Assembly (NCBI RefSeq): GCF_018350175.1
Contig: NC_058382.1
Coordinates: 61,506,001-61,570,000 of the forward strand
Length of the DNA stretch: 64,000 nt
From: Felis catus
Taxonomy: Eukaryota
Direction: 5' to 3'
The notes beneath the pieces were generated by a model, which did not search any database, was not told where the DNA came from, and saw only the letters and a program-made list of their open reading frames with translations. Made by a program: the position numbers and the translations under genes. Positions 21,901 to 32,269 of the stretch are shown piece after piece (the stretch's first letter is position 1; the number at the start of each line of letters is the position of its first letter).

Positions 21901-24900
21901 GGCAGGCATCCCCCCCTTTCTTAACTTGAAAACTTTCTTATGAAATCAGCAATCCACATTTATTATAAAAAGACTTTTTAAAAAACTTTAAAACATTCGC
22001 ATGACTCTAGTACTCAGGGATCATTACTAGTAATATATTGGTATATGAAAAGAAAATTGGACGGATGGAGGATGGATGGATGGATGGATGGATGGATGGA
22101 TAGACGAATAGCTAGGTGGACAGATAGATGATTGACAGATCCTTCTAGTCTTTTTTTTTCTGATCAGTGAAAACTTGTCCGCAGTGAGCCAGATGGGCCC
22201 TGCCACACCCACCACTCTAGAACCTGACTTGGCACTTTGTTTCCCTGTTCAGCACAGACGACAGAAAACTCCTACTGGCCACACAGGGTCAGTTCGTCCC
22301 ACTGTTGTAGGGCTGTGCTCCGCAACGTGCTGACGGGACATGGGGTTATCTTCCCCCATCCACTGTTTCCTACTATACGTGGCCGGGCCACCCTTTCTGC
22401 TCCCAGCGTTATCTTGAGCCCCCCTGTTCTCTTGCCAGTCTCAAGGTGGTCCAGCTTGGTAGCTGATGCACTTTCTGGAGCGAAGAGGTCCAGGCCAGGC
22501 CAATTCCGTACTTCACTGTCCTTGTCCCCCCACAAGTGTCCTGAGGACCCAGAGCTGCCTCTCTCGTCCTGCTCCACCCCTCTCTGCGTGAAGTGCAGCG
22601 AGTGGCACTAGTGACGTCTTCCTGCATGACTGCTGCCATCTGCCTTCACTTTTGGCGGCCATGCGGCTCCTGGTGTTGGCTCGTTCACTGGGATAAGATA
22701 TGGGGCCCCTGCAGTTGTCCCTTGAGCCTGCCACACTGACGTGCTCTCTACATGATTCTCCTTGATTACTGCCCCCGTGGCCCCTTACTGCTTGACCAGC
22801 CGTCTCCATCACCCCCTGGGCACAGCCCTCCCACGCAGTTTCTGCCTGGTTGTCCTGACGGGGCTCCTGTGCTCTTACTCTAGGTTCCTTCCCTGTAAGT
22901 GTCCAGGTCCAGCCTGACCCTAGCTCTCTACCACACAGTGACCTGGGCTCAGCAGAGGACCAGCCGGAGGCTTCTGCAGCCCCAGACACCAATCATCTGT
23001 GGCTGGTGAGTGATGGAGGCATTGTTGTCCAGGGTGCTGGGTGGGGGCGCCTCTTGGACCCTTATCCTCACCTCTCCCCTGGACAGGGCCCAGCAGGGGT
23101 GGGGCAGTTCCTTCCGTGGGTGTGGCTAGGTCTGCTCCAGAGCCACCAAATCTGAGGTTGGTCTTTGCTGCTCCCTTCTGGGACTTCTGGGAACTGCAGC
23201 CCCGAGGCCAAAGAAAGGACCTTGCTAAGGGGACTGGGGACATCTGAAGTTCTTAGTTCCCTGTGGGGGTTAGGACAGACGAGAGACTGGAGCTCTGTGC
23301 CCGAAGGCAGCGAGATGTGACAGCATCTTATAGGGTCATGATTCTGGCACTACACTGCTTACCCTCTGCATCTGGGCTTTCTCGGCGGTGGGTTTTATCT
23401 GACTTGTAACTGGGAGGAGCTAACACCTGCTGGTATTTTGAGCCCCGCCCCCCTCCTTGGACCTGAGCCTTGGTGTATGCTTTTATCAGACGGATGACAG
23501 GTGAAGTGCCTGGTGAGCACAGGGCATCCGGATGTCAACAGTGTCGTTACCACCATTTCCTTGAAGTTTTGTCAAGAGGCTTAAATGAGAACACACGTTA
23601 AAATTGCCTTGAAAAGTGCCCTAAAATTATAAGGTAGTGTTACCACTGATACTCCCCAACCAAGTTCTGTATCATCTACTGCTGCATTAAAAATTACCCC
23701 AGAACTTAAAACTGTAAACAACAAACACTTATTATCTCACACAGCTTCTGAGGGTTAGAAATCCAGAAGTGGCTCGGCTGGGCGGCCTGGTTCAGGGCCT
23801 CCCTGCAGGGGGCTCTTGGAAGGTGGCTTCTCCTGTGGCCGTTGCCGGCAGGCCGAGCTTCCCCTGCACGTGGACCTCTTCCTAGGGCTCTCGGGTGTCC
23901 TCACAGCATGGGGGCTGGCTTCCCCCAGAGCTGGTGGTCTGAGAAACAGCAAGGCAGAAGCCAGTGTCTTCATGACCAAGTCTCAGAAGTGACTCATTGC
24001 TATCTCCAGCTTTCTCTGTTCATTAGAAGTGAGTCACTGAGTACATCCTCAGGGGAGGGGGATTAAGGCCCACTTTTCTTTATTTTTTTGTGGGAGGAAC
24101 AAGGGCCACGTTTTTTACCTGCTCATTTCTCGCATTGGAAGCATTCCTTGATGACCTGCTTGGCCTGAGACTCTTTGCCGTAGTCCTTAACCACCACACA
24201 ACTACAACCAACCACCATACGGGGTTTTTCCTGTCACTTTTACAGAGGCTGACCCACTCCCCTCGCGTCTCGTCGTCATCACCAGTAGTTAGGTTGACGT
24301 GGTGCTCCGCACGAGGTGCCTCCGCCGCACGGACACTCACAGATGGGTGTGGTCCTCGTGTGAGGCTTTGGCAGCTCCCCAGAGTCCACTTGCTGGGCCA
24401 CCACGGGTGAGGGCGGTCTTCAGCCCCTCTTGTAAAGCAGCGATGCCTCCCTCGGCTATGGCGGTGGGAACGGGTGGGGCTGAATCGTGAGTGCACTCAA
24501 GCCCCTGCTTAACTCCGGGCGGCAGGGAAAGAGGAGGGCCACTTCTTGAAGGGAAGTCAAGGAATTGGGGGACACGTATGTATTCCTTTAATTAAGTATT
24601 CAGGGTGGGGAGGCCCATTTTAAAATGGCAAGTCCCATAAGTGTATTTTTTTTTAAGTTTATTTCTTTATTTTGAGAGAGAGAGAGAGATCACAAGCAGG
24701 GAGGGGCAGAGAGAGAGGGAGAGAGAATCCCAAGCAGGCTCCACGTTGTCAGCACGGAGCCTGACACGGAGCTTGAACCCACAGACCGTGAGATCATGAC
24801 CTGAGCCGAAACCAAGAGTCGGACATTTAACTAACTGAGCCACCAAGGCACCCCCCATAAGTGTACTCTTTTTTTATTTTTTGACGTTTATTCATTTTGG

Positions 24901-25140
24901 AGAGACAGAGACAGAGCATGAGCGGGGAAGGGGCAGAGAGAGGGAGACACAGAATCTGAAACAGGCTCCAGGCTCTGAGCCGTCAGCACAGAGCCCGATG
25001 CGGGGCTCGAACCCACGGACTGTGAGATCATGACCTGAGCTGAAGTCGGATGCTCAACTGACTGAGCCACCCAGGTGCTCCACTCTTACTTTTTTAAAAT
25101 GTTTATTTATTTTTGAGAGAGAGAGAGTACATGAAGGAGG

Positions 25141-25201
<61 letters not shown>

Positions 25202-27044
25202 GATCCAAAGCGGGCTCTCTGCTGACAACAGAGCCTGACGTGGGCTCAAACCCATGAACCGTGAGATCATGGCCTGAGCCAAAGTCGGACGCTTAATTGA
25301 CTGAGCCTCCCAGGCACCCCCATAAGTGTCTTCTTAGCACAGATGTCAGGAGTGCTTTCTGAGACGTTTGGCTGTCAGACCTCACGTAACCTCCACACCC
25401 ATCTCTGCCCTGAACACGTACTCACGGCCAATCTGATGAGCAACCTGCTGGTCTCTGCTCCCAACGGGAGCAACCCTAAATAGGATAATCCACCAGCAAT
25501 GTGAAAGAAACAAACCACGCATCCCAACCCCCATCTCTGTGGCCCCCTCGTGGGGGGCCGCCCCTCATGATGCCTCATCTCCGTAGCTAATAATTTGGGG
25601 TGCCAGGCGTGGCGCTAAGGACTTTGTGTGTTATCTCAATGAAGCTGGAAGACACCCCACTTTACAGGAGAGGAGCTGAGCAACCCCTCCGGAGGGTGGG
25701 CAGAATGAGGCAGAGTCACTGGTGGCCCAAAGGGGTAGGTGGCTGTGGCAGGCGGGATACATACCACCTACAGATGGGCAGGCTTGGTGGTGAGCACCGA
25801 GTCAGGCAGCATGCAGGAGGCGCCTAGGGCCTTCAGCCGCCAGGGGAGAGAGAGCTCTGTGGTGAAGGGCTTCAGAAGCAGGGGAGGTGGGCCTGGGGCC
25901 TCTGGATGGTTGCGACCGGTGGTGGTGTGTGTTTGCAGGTGGGGAACGAGGTGGGAGGCAGATGTTTCTGGTCTGGAGAGCACCGTGAACAGAGGCGGGG
26001 ATGCTAGAGGGATGTGGTCATCAGCAGGCTGGGTGCGGACCAGGTGACGGGAGTAGCGTGTGTGGGTCCCAGCAGTAGATGAGCTGAAGGCTGGGGTGTT
26101 TTAGGAAGTTGGTAGGTTTGGGTAGACTGAGGCCAGGAAGATTCCAGAGTCCTCAGAGAAGAGAGACCCTTATGGACAGACTCGTGAAAGGCCTCGTCCC
26201 TCAAGGCCTCAGGAGCACTGACCCCTTGACCCTTTTGTCCCCAGGAGTTCAGCCACCCCGTGGAGAGCCTTGCTCTGACCGTGGAGGAAGTGATGGATGT
26301 GCGCCGTGTGCTGGTAAAGGCTGAGATGGAGAAGTTCCTGCAGAACAAGGAGCTCGTCAGCAGTCTCAGGAAGGGGAAGGTGAGGTGGCCCGGACCCAGC
26401 TGCTCCCTCAGCAGGCAGGAGCCCTGGGTTGAGGGCGGGCCAGGCAGCCTGGACCCTGGATTGCTCCCTCACCACGCAGGACTAACTCATCTGGTCCTTC
26501 GCTTACAGATTTGTTGCTGTTGCCGAGCCAAGTTCCCGCTGTTCTCCTGGCCACCCACCTGTCTCTTTTGCAAGAGGTAAGCCTGTGTGAGCACCTTGGC
26601 TGTGAGTAACACGGGAGGAGCAGTAAGGTTTCTAAGCCAGCACTGTCCGGTAGAATTTCCTGTGATTGTGGGGATGTTTCTTCATGCACTGTGGCTAGTG
26701 CAACTACAAAACACTAATTTCTCATTCTTAAGTTCATGTGAATAGCTAAGGGGCTTCCATTTTCAGCCAAGGTAGGGTAACAGGCATCAGAACAGGCACC
26801 TTCCACCTGAAACGACCAAAAATACCCATAAAAAGTAAAAAACCCAAAGAACAGGAAACAACGGTTTTCAAGATATTGACTATCGGGCAACAGCAGGAAG
26901 GAGGCAGGTGAGCCCAGTGATGGCCTCAATTGCCTGGAGTTTCTAGGTCACAGCCCAGAGGCCGCTCAGCTCCTTGACTGGAGGAAGTAAAGCTGAGAAG
27001 CCAGAGGGACCAAGGCAGCCGGAGGTCTTAGTGCAGATTTCCAG

Positions 27045-27080
<36 letters not shown>

Positions 27081-28859
27081 GCTGTCCCCAGGGCAAGCCT
27101 CGGGCCTGCAGGAAATTGTCCTGGAGTGTTCAGTAGGGGACCAATCAGCACATACAAGCAAAGGAAGCTCCTGAAGGCTGGGAAAGAATCCTCCTGAAGC
27201 AGGTACTGGCAGACTCCGGCCCCCAGGCCAAATCTGGCCAACTCCTTGCCTTGTGAATGAAGCTTTATTGGAACAAAGCCACACCCATTTGTTTATTATT
27301 CATTTAGCCATATCCACAATGTTTGCTCTGTGACCCTTTACAGAAAAAGCGTACTGACCCTGTGCTAAAGCTTTCAAGGAACAGTACTAGGAGTAGTGTG
27401 TGTTCCCACCAGCCATGGTGGAAATGTTGTAATTCACGAACCATTGAAGGTCTTGTTCCACTAGTGAGGAATAAGTGCCCCCAGACTGAGCATTGTTCCA
27501 AACCTAAAAGTTCATAAAAGCAAGACCTGGAAATAGTTTGGACAGGACGAAACTATTCCTAACTATCTTATCCAGCACTCAGCAAGAGAAAATGTCTAGC
27601 ATCCAATCAAAGATTATCAGGCATGTCAAGAAGCAAGAAAATACAACCCATGATAGAAAAATCAGTCAAAATCGCCCAGAACTGGGACACCGGGGTGGCT
27701 CAGTTGGTTGAGCATCCGACTCTTGATTTCAGCTCAGGTTGTGATCTCACAGTTTATGGGATCCAGCCCTGCACTGGGCTCCGTGCTGAGTGTGGAGCTT
27801 GGTTGGGATTCTCTCTCTCCCCCTCTGCCCCTCCCTTCCTTGCTCACATGCACGTATATGTTCACTCTCTCTCACTATTTAAAAAAAAAAAAAAAAAAGA
27901 AAGAAAGAAAGAAAGAAAGAAAAGAAAAGAAAAAAGAAAGACTCCCAGAACTGACACAGACATTCGAATTAGCAGTTCTGAAGTTCTAAACTATTTCATA
28001 TGTTCAAAAAGTTAGAGGCATGAAAGATAAAAAGACACAAAGTTCTAGACCTGGAACTAGAACGTTTGGATGAATGTTTGGAATTACACTGGATTAGATT
28101 AACGGCAGATTGAACATCCAGAAGAATGTGCAGAAGAAAACATTAGTGAACTCAAAGACCAAGCAATAGAAACCACCTAAAATGAAAACACTGAGAGAAA
28201 ATGTTATTTTTTTAGAATGTTTAAAAAGTTTTACTTATTTAAGTAATCTCTACACCCAACGTGGGGCTCAAACTCACGACCTCAAGATCAAGAGTCCCAT
28301 CCTTTAACGACTGAGCCAGCCAGGCGCTCCAGAGAAAAAATAACTTAAAAAGTGAAAATGGTCTCAATGACCTGTGGGTTAATGTTCAGCCTAATATAGA
28401 TGTAATTAAAGTCCCCAAAGAAAAAGGGGGGTGGGGACAGAAAAAGTATTTGAAGAAATAATAGCTTAAAAATTTGATGAAAAATATAAACTTACAAGAA
28501 ACTTAATCCCAAGCATGAGAAACATGAATAAAATCATACCAAGGCACTTATTAATCAAATTGATCAAAACCAGTAATAAAGAGAAATTCTTAAAATCAGC
28601 CAGCAAATAAAGACTTCTCACTGAGAGCAAGAGGACAGTAAAGCAGCGTTTCTGATGGACTGAAAAACTGTCAATCTAACACCCTAAACCAAGAAAGAGT
28701 ATGCTTCAAAGGTAAAGACAAGGGACACCTGGGTGGCTCAGGTGGTTGACTGTCTGACTCTTCATTTCAGCTCAGGTTGTGAGATGGAACCCAGCACGCT
28801 CAGCCTGGAGCCTGTTTGAGATTCTCTCTCCCTCTCCCTCTCTCTGCAGCACACAAGCG

Positions 28860-28914
<55 letters not shown>

Positions 28915-31463
28915 AAAACAGGGACACCTGAGTGACTCAGTCGATTGGGCATCTGATTTCAGCTCAGGTCGTGATCTCGCGGTTCCTGGGTTCGAGCCCC
29001 GGGTCAGGCTCTGTGCTGATGGCTCAGAGCCTGGAGCCTGCTTCCGATTCTGTGTCTCCCTCTCTCTCTGCCCCTCCCCCGATCATGCTCTGTCTCTCTC
29101 TGTCTCAAAAATAAATAAAAAGTTAAAAAAAATTAAAAAATGAACTTGGACCATCTGTCCTAATGCAGAGAAGAGCCCCAGATGTATCTTTATAGAATAG
29201 TATGCATAACACCCCACTTCATTTATTTTTGTTTTATTTTAAGCGTGTATCTTTGTCCGTCATACTTAGATCTAGAGAAGGGAAAACCCGTCACCAGGGT
29301 CTGCCACGGAGGGTGGGCTTTACGATTTGCAGTCACGGCTCTCTCTAGTGTCTGAATTTGTACAGGAAGGTATTTGTGTTTTAAGTCAGCAGTGGGGATT
29401 CAAAAGATGTTAATCACTGCTTAAGACTGAGCTGCTGGGGCGCCTCTGGCTCAGATGGCGCCTCTGTGGCAGGAGGCGTCGGGCACATGCAAGTGCAGAG
29501 GGCGTGGAAAGCTCCAGGCCGAAATGTTTCAGAGAAAAAGCCAGCTGTGAGGGGCAGAAAAGAAAAGATTTGGGGGGGGGAAACAAGTAAAGCACTGAGG
29601 TAACTGGTCTCTAGCAGAAGGGCGGGCAGTTCGCCGGGTGGGAATGGTCTCTCTGTGGCTTCTTCGCTGCTGACCCCGCGTCCCTCTTCTTTCCCTCCAG
29701 GGCTGTCTGCACTTCCTGCAGCATAAAGGTGAGGATCGTCTGGGGTCTGAGCGAGGCCCCAGGTATCTGGGGTGTCCTGTGGTTGACTTGGCTTGTCCAG
29801 GAGGGCAGAGCCGGGGGACAGAGGCTCTGCTGTCTCCTGTTGGCCGGTCAGACGTGCACCCGTCACTTCGTCTGTCTCCTTCCTCCACACAAGACCCATC
29901 CCTACAGTTTCCAAGACTGTAGTTTTTAAAGACCCTTGTAGGTGTTTTTTTTTTTTTTTAACGTTCCATGTTAGCAGGCTACTGCCAAGAAAAACCCTTC
30001 ATTTTCCCTCTAAGACTCCTACCTTCTTTTATTTTTAAAAAGTTTAATGTTTATTTATTTTTGAGAGAGACAGAGCAAGCAGGGGAGGGGCAGAGAGAGA
30101 GGGAGACACAGAATCTGAAGGAGGCTCCAGGTTCTGAGCCGTCAGCACAGAGCCTGACATGGGGCTTGAGCTCATGAACCGAGAAATCAGGACCTGAGCC
30201 GAAGTCGGATGCTTAACTGACTGAGCCACCGAGGTGCCCCTGGACTCTTACCTTCTGACGCTACATCTCCCCTGAGTGTTTCCGGAAAGGTTCTTTGTAG
30301 CAGTCTGGGCACGTCTGCGTATACGCAGGTGTGCAAACGTAGAAGGGTAATCACACCTAGAACTCTGTCACCCCACCACACCTCCGCCTAGAAACCATGG
30401 CCTGCTGGAAAAGGGTTTTACCACCACTGTTTTCAAACCCTTTGCGTTTTGCGGTTTCAGCACTGAGCAACCTCCAACTCATCAAGTAACTACTGCATGC
30501 AGGGCATGCTGGCGGGCCCTCTGGGTACGCCTGTCTGGATGAGCAGCGTGTGGTTGGGTGTGGGGAACGAGTGAGGAGACACATGCCTTCAGGTGGGCGG
30601 CATGGGGTGGGCATCCAGAGAGCACACACGGTCACAACGGCACCCTGCAGACACTCCCCTGCCACCCCACAGGCCCAGGGCAGGCAGCTGTTCGTGTGTG
30701 TGTGTGTGTGTGCGCGTGCACGCCCGCGTGCACGCTTGTGCTCCCGGCCGTCCCTGTTGGGGTAGCCTTGTCCACATCTCCCTCTGTGTTGTAGATGAAG
30801 ATGCCTTCTAAGAAGTTTGCACACATTCCTGTCTACACGCTGGGCTTTGAGAGTCCTCGGAGGGTGTCAGCTACCAAAACGACGCCGACCCAGAGAAGAG
30901 ATGCCTTCCAGTGCGTTCCTTTGCCCTTTGCTGAGGTCACTGTGGTGATCAGGCATCGAGAGTAATACAGGAGCTGGGGTGGGTGGGGTGGTTTGCTGGG
31001 ACACTGCCAGGACACAGAAATCCAAGGCACTTGTCCAGAAAGGGATGTCTCAGAGAGCTCTGGGGGCTAAGTAGTGTGAGCTGGAAACTGAACCGGGTGG
31101 TCAGATCCTCTTGAGGAACAGCTTTTGCTGGGGGCGGGGGGTGGGTGGGAAGGATGCGTGGGGGGGGGGGGGGCGGTAGGCTGTGGACATGGAGAAAGGA
31201 ACCAGAGGGAGACTTCCCTGATGGCTCCGTCCTGCTCCAGATCCCTGCAGGGGCCCCAGTGGCCGAGTGTGGAGGAGGCATTCCCGCACATCTACACCCA
31301 CGGCTCTGTCCTCAAGGACGTCTGCAGTGACTGCACCAGCTTCGTGGCAGACGTAGTGCGCTCCAGCCGCAAGAGTGTGGATGCCCTCAACACCACGCCT
31401 CGCCGCACCCGCCAGACCCAGTCCCTGTACATCCCTAACACCTGGACTCTCAACTTCAAGTGA
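9944..31463 (+). CDS. SPIRE2: Protein spire homolog 2, 5'-partial (exons 2-15): join(9944..9987,15471..15827,19109..19189,19317..19481,20222..20308,20550..20673,20761..20930,21544..21733,22884..23005,26245..26379,26509..26576,29701..29728,30795..30910,31241..31463)
   Basis: The spliced translation gives the C-terminal half of KIND, four WH2 motifs, a myosin-V binding motif, the Spir box and a Cys-rich modified FYVE domain, ending ...[16 protein letters not shown]. All junctions are AG/GT except one GC donor, and phases are consistent (1910 nt plus 1 nt from exon 1 = 637 codons). Confidence 0.97.
10696..10921 (-). mobile_element. Young SINEC_Fc with target-site duplication gcttgcagtttttt
   Basis: Full length, CpG-rich, with the TSD on both sides; inserted at the tail of the adjacent older SINE. 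Confidence 0.92.
10930..11128 (-). mobile_element. SINEC
   Basis: Reverse-complement head ends ggcgcccc at 11128. Confidence 0.87.
11157..11363 (+). mobile_element. SINEC with TSD tgtcagtgataag
   Basis: Head ggggcgcctgggtggctcag, (CT)n, A-tail and TSD. Confidence 0.9.
13386..13600 (+). mobile_element. SINEC with TSD aaagaattaattat
   Basis: Full head-to-tail element with TSD. Confidence 0.9.
13710..13773. repeat. Polypyrimidine minisatellite (CCCCTCCTTCT), about 6 copies
   Basis: Perfect 11-nt units. Confidence 0.95.
13985..14450 (+). mobile_element. Nested SINEC: young SINEC_Fc (14182 to about 14400) inside the A-tail of an older copy
   Basis: Inner TSD aaaaaatgtataaatgtt; outer TSD aaaat(g/a)tactggtac. 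Confidence 0.92.
14498..14702 (-). mobile_element. SINEC
   Basis: Tail, (GA)n and reverse-complement head. Confidence 0.85.
15471..15827 (+). CDS. SPIRE2: SPIRE2 exon 3 (357 nt, KIND domain)
   Basis: [19 protein letters not shown]...[12 protein letters not shown]; splice sites ctgcag| and |gtgact. Confidence 0.97.
16956..17670 (-). mobile_element. Three tandem SINEC copies (about 16956-17170, 17186-17415, 17456-17670)
   Basis: Three full units; TSD ggagatgttcttct occurs three times and gatgggtctt twice. Confidence 0.92.
18440..18790 (-). mobile_element. L2 LINE 3' remnant
   Basis: cattcattctttcaaccgttatttaagacc...gctgtgctagg...ctggccttctggagc resembles the L2 3' end in reverse. Confidence 0.6.
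19109..19189 (+). CDS. SPIRE2: SPIRE2 exon 4 (81 nt)
   Basis: [27 protein letters not shown]; splice sites cgcag| and |gtaag. Confidence 0.95.
19317..19481 (+). CDS. SPIRE2: SPIRE2 exon 5 (165 nt, WH2-A and WH2-B)
   Basis: [20 protein letters not shown]...[20 protein letters not shown]; splice sites cccag| and |gtgag. Confidence 0.96.
19757..19964 (-). mobile_element. SINEC with TSD cact(c/t)gacaaatt
   Basis: Full element with TSD. Confidence 0.9.
20222..20308 (+). CDS. SPIRE2: SPIRE2 exon 6 (87 nt, WH2-C)
   Basis: [29 protein letters not shown]; splice sites aacag| and |gtacc. Confidence 0.96.
20550..20673 (+). CDS. SPIRE2: SPIRE2 exon 7 (124 nt, WH2-D)
   Basis: [41 protein letters not shown]; splice sites tccag| and |gtgag. 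Confidence 0.95.
20761..20930 (+). CDS. SPIRE2: SPIRE2 exon 8 (170 nt, includes the myosin-V globular-tail binding motif)
   Basis: [15 protein letters not shown]...[23 protein letters not shown]; splice sites cccag| and |gtcag. Confidence 0.95.
21544..21733 (+). CDS. SPIRE2: SPIRE2 exon 9 (190 nt, GC donor)
   Basis: [32 protein letters not shown]...WRPSTQEQ; acceptor cacag|, donor CAGG|gcaagt. Confidence 0.9.
22062..22101. repeat. (GGAT)n microsatellite
   Basis: Direct reading. Confidence 0.9.
22884..23005 (+). CDS. SPIRE2: SPIRE2 exon 10 (122 nt)
   Basis: (G)[40 protein letters not shown]; splice sites ctctag| and |gtgagt; phase 1 to 0. Confidence 0.88.
23664..24105. mobile_element. MLT1-like LTR
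   Basis: atctactgctgcattaaaaattaccccagaactta...aaacacttattatctcacacagcttctgagggttagaaatccagaagtggc...ctcagaagtgac match recalled MLT1 motifs. Confidence 0.7.
24646..25320 (-). mobile_element. Three tandem SINEC copies (about 24646-24853, 24868-25081, 25090-25320); the last has an expanded (GA)n at about 25144-25196
   Basis: Three full units; cccataagtgt flanks recur three times. Confidence 0.92.
26245..26379 (+). CDS. SPIRE2: SPIRE2 exon 11 (135 nt, Spir box)
   Basis: [45 protein letters not shown]; splice sites cccag| and |gtgag. Confidence 0.96.
26509..26576 (+). CDS. SPIRE2: SPIRE2 exon 12 (68 nt, modified FYVE)
   Basis: [22 protein letters not shown](R); branch-point-like ACTAAC at 26481; splice sites tacag| and |gtaag. 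Confidence 0.96.
26638..26748. mobile_element. MER3-like hAT remnant
   Basis: cagcactgtccggtagaatttcctgtgattgtggggatgttt...tgtggctagtgcaact resembles recalled MER3. Confidence 0.55.
27046..27079 (+). repeat. Poly-G homopolymer (G34)
   Basis: Direct count. Confidence 0.9.
27200..27362. mobile_element. MER58A-like hAT remnant
   Basis: ggccaaatctggcc...aagctttattggaacaaagccacacccatttgttta...ccctttacagaaaaag match recalled MER58A. Confidence 0.7.
27683..27940 (+). mobile_element. SINEC with an A/(GAAA)n tail
   Basis: Head gggacaccggggtggctcag; TSD cccagaact. Confidence 0.87.
28205..28330 (-). mobile_element. Short, old SINEC
   Basis: aagtaatctctacacccaacgtggggctcaaactc...ctgagccagccaggcgc. 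Confidence 0.75.
28722..29140 (+). mobile_element. Two tandem SINEC copies (about 28722-28920 with long (CT)n, and 28921-29140)
   Basis: Two heads, (CT)n tracts and A-tails. Confidence 0.88.
29701..29728 (+). CDS. SPIRE2: SPIRE2 exon 13 (28-nt micro-exon)
   Basis: (R)AVCTSCSIK supplies a CxxC pair of the zinc finger; long pyrimidine tract, splice sites tccag| and |gtgag. Confidence 0.93.
30030..30240 (-). mobile_element. SINEC with TSD actc(c/t)taccttct
   Basis: Full element with TSD. Confidence 0.9.
30795..30910 (+). CDS. SPIRE2: SPIRE2 exon 14 (116 nt)
   Basis: [38 protein letters not shown](Q); splice sites tgtag| and |gtgcgt. Confidence 0.94.
31241..31463 (+). CDS. SPIRE2: SPIRE2 exon 15, coding part
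   Basis: [45 protein letters not shown]...TLNFK, TGA at 31461-31463. Confidence 0.96.
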
Positions 31464-32263
31464 TGGCTCTCAGCCTTCCTGTGACACCTAGCCAGAGGCT
31501 TTTCAAGGTGGCCAGACCTCTGAGGAGGAGCCAGGCTCATCCTGGACCTGGCTGAGAAACTCCCTATGCTGAGGCACAGCTGCTGGCCTGCCCTTCTAAG
31601 TGTGCATGTACATATATACATATATAGATACATTTATACGATATATACACACAGCCTATATATTTATATACATCTGTCCTGGCCCTAGAGTGTATTTGGG
31701 GTCAGGCTCGCTGCAGGACCCTCCCTGGGGGAGGCTGTTTCCTGTTGGGAGACCTTGGGTGGGATGGGAGTGGGTTTTCTCACTCGGGAAGGGCATGTTG
31801 GAGATACAACAGTGGATTCCAGATGATGGGGCTCTGGAGAGACCCCACCCCCGTTTTTGTTCTTTCCTCCATCCCAAGGATGAGAACACGGCAGCTTCCC
31901 CTCCCTGGGTAGATGTCCAGGTTGGGACAGGACACCGTGGTTCCCGGGTAGACGGGAGCATCCTGCTGGCCTGTGCACTCTGAGCAGGAACCCAGGCAGC
32001 AGAGGCCACTGGGGAAGACCGTGAGTGGGCTGATCTTCTCCTGGTGGGTGTCACGCCCTTCCACTTGGAAGGCCCAAGGCCAAGCTCACTCCTTGCTCCC
32101 TGCCCAGCATCCACGCCCCAGCCGGTATGCCACATGGCTGGTGTTGCCATCCTCACAGACTCAGAGGTCCAGAGATGGTGCTGGTTCCAGGGCCCTGGCG
32201 ATGCCGGGGGTCCCGGTACAGGGAGGAACTCTGTAAATTTGTACACGAGGCCACTCTTGGCCT

Positions 32264-32269
32264 AATAAA
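32264..32269 (+). terminator. SPIRE2: SPIRE2 polyadenylation signal AATAAA
   Basis: First AATAAA after the stop (~800 nt downstream), with two upstream TGTA elements and a GT-rich downstream tract (tcttctgtctggggtgtgg). Confidence 0.8.

Larger units (their letters stand above)
26790..28720 (+). mobile_element. Degraded old L1 (L1M type) 5'UTR/ORF1 region, interrupted by a MER58-like element and SINECs
   Basis: A-rich strand; ORF1-like relics ttagtgaactcaaagac...aatagaaacc, aaaaagtatttgaagaaataatagct and ataaagagaaattcttaaaatcagcca; no intact ORF. Confidence 0.7.

Noticed and set aside
24080..24496. 138-aa minus-strand ORF next to the MLT1-like LTR
   Set aside because: No gag, pol or env motifs; likely decayed repeat or chance.
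26790..28720. Active L1 or domesticated ORF1
   Set aside because: Fragmented by stops, deletions and nested insertions.
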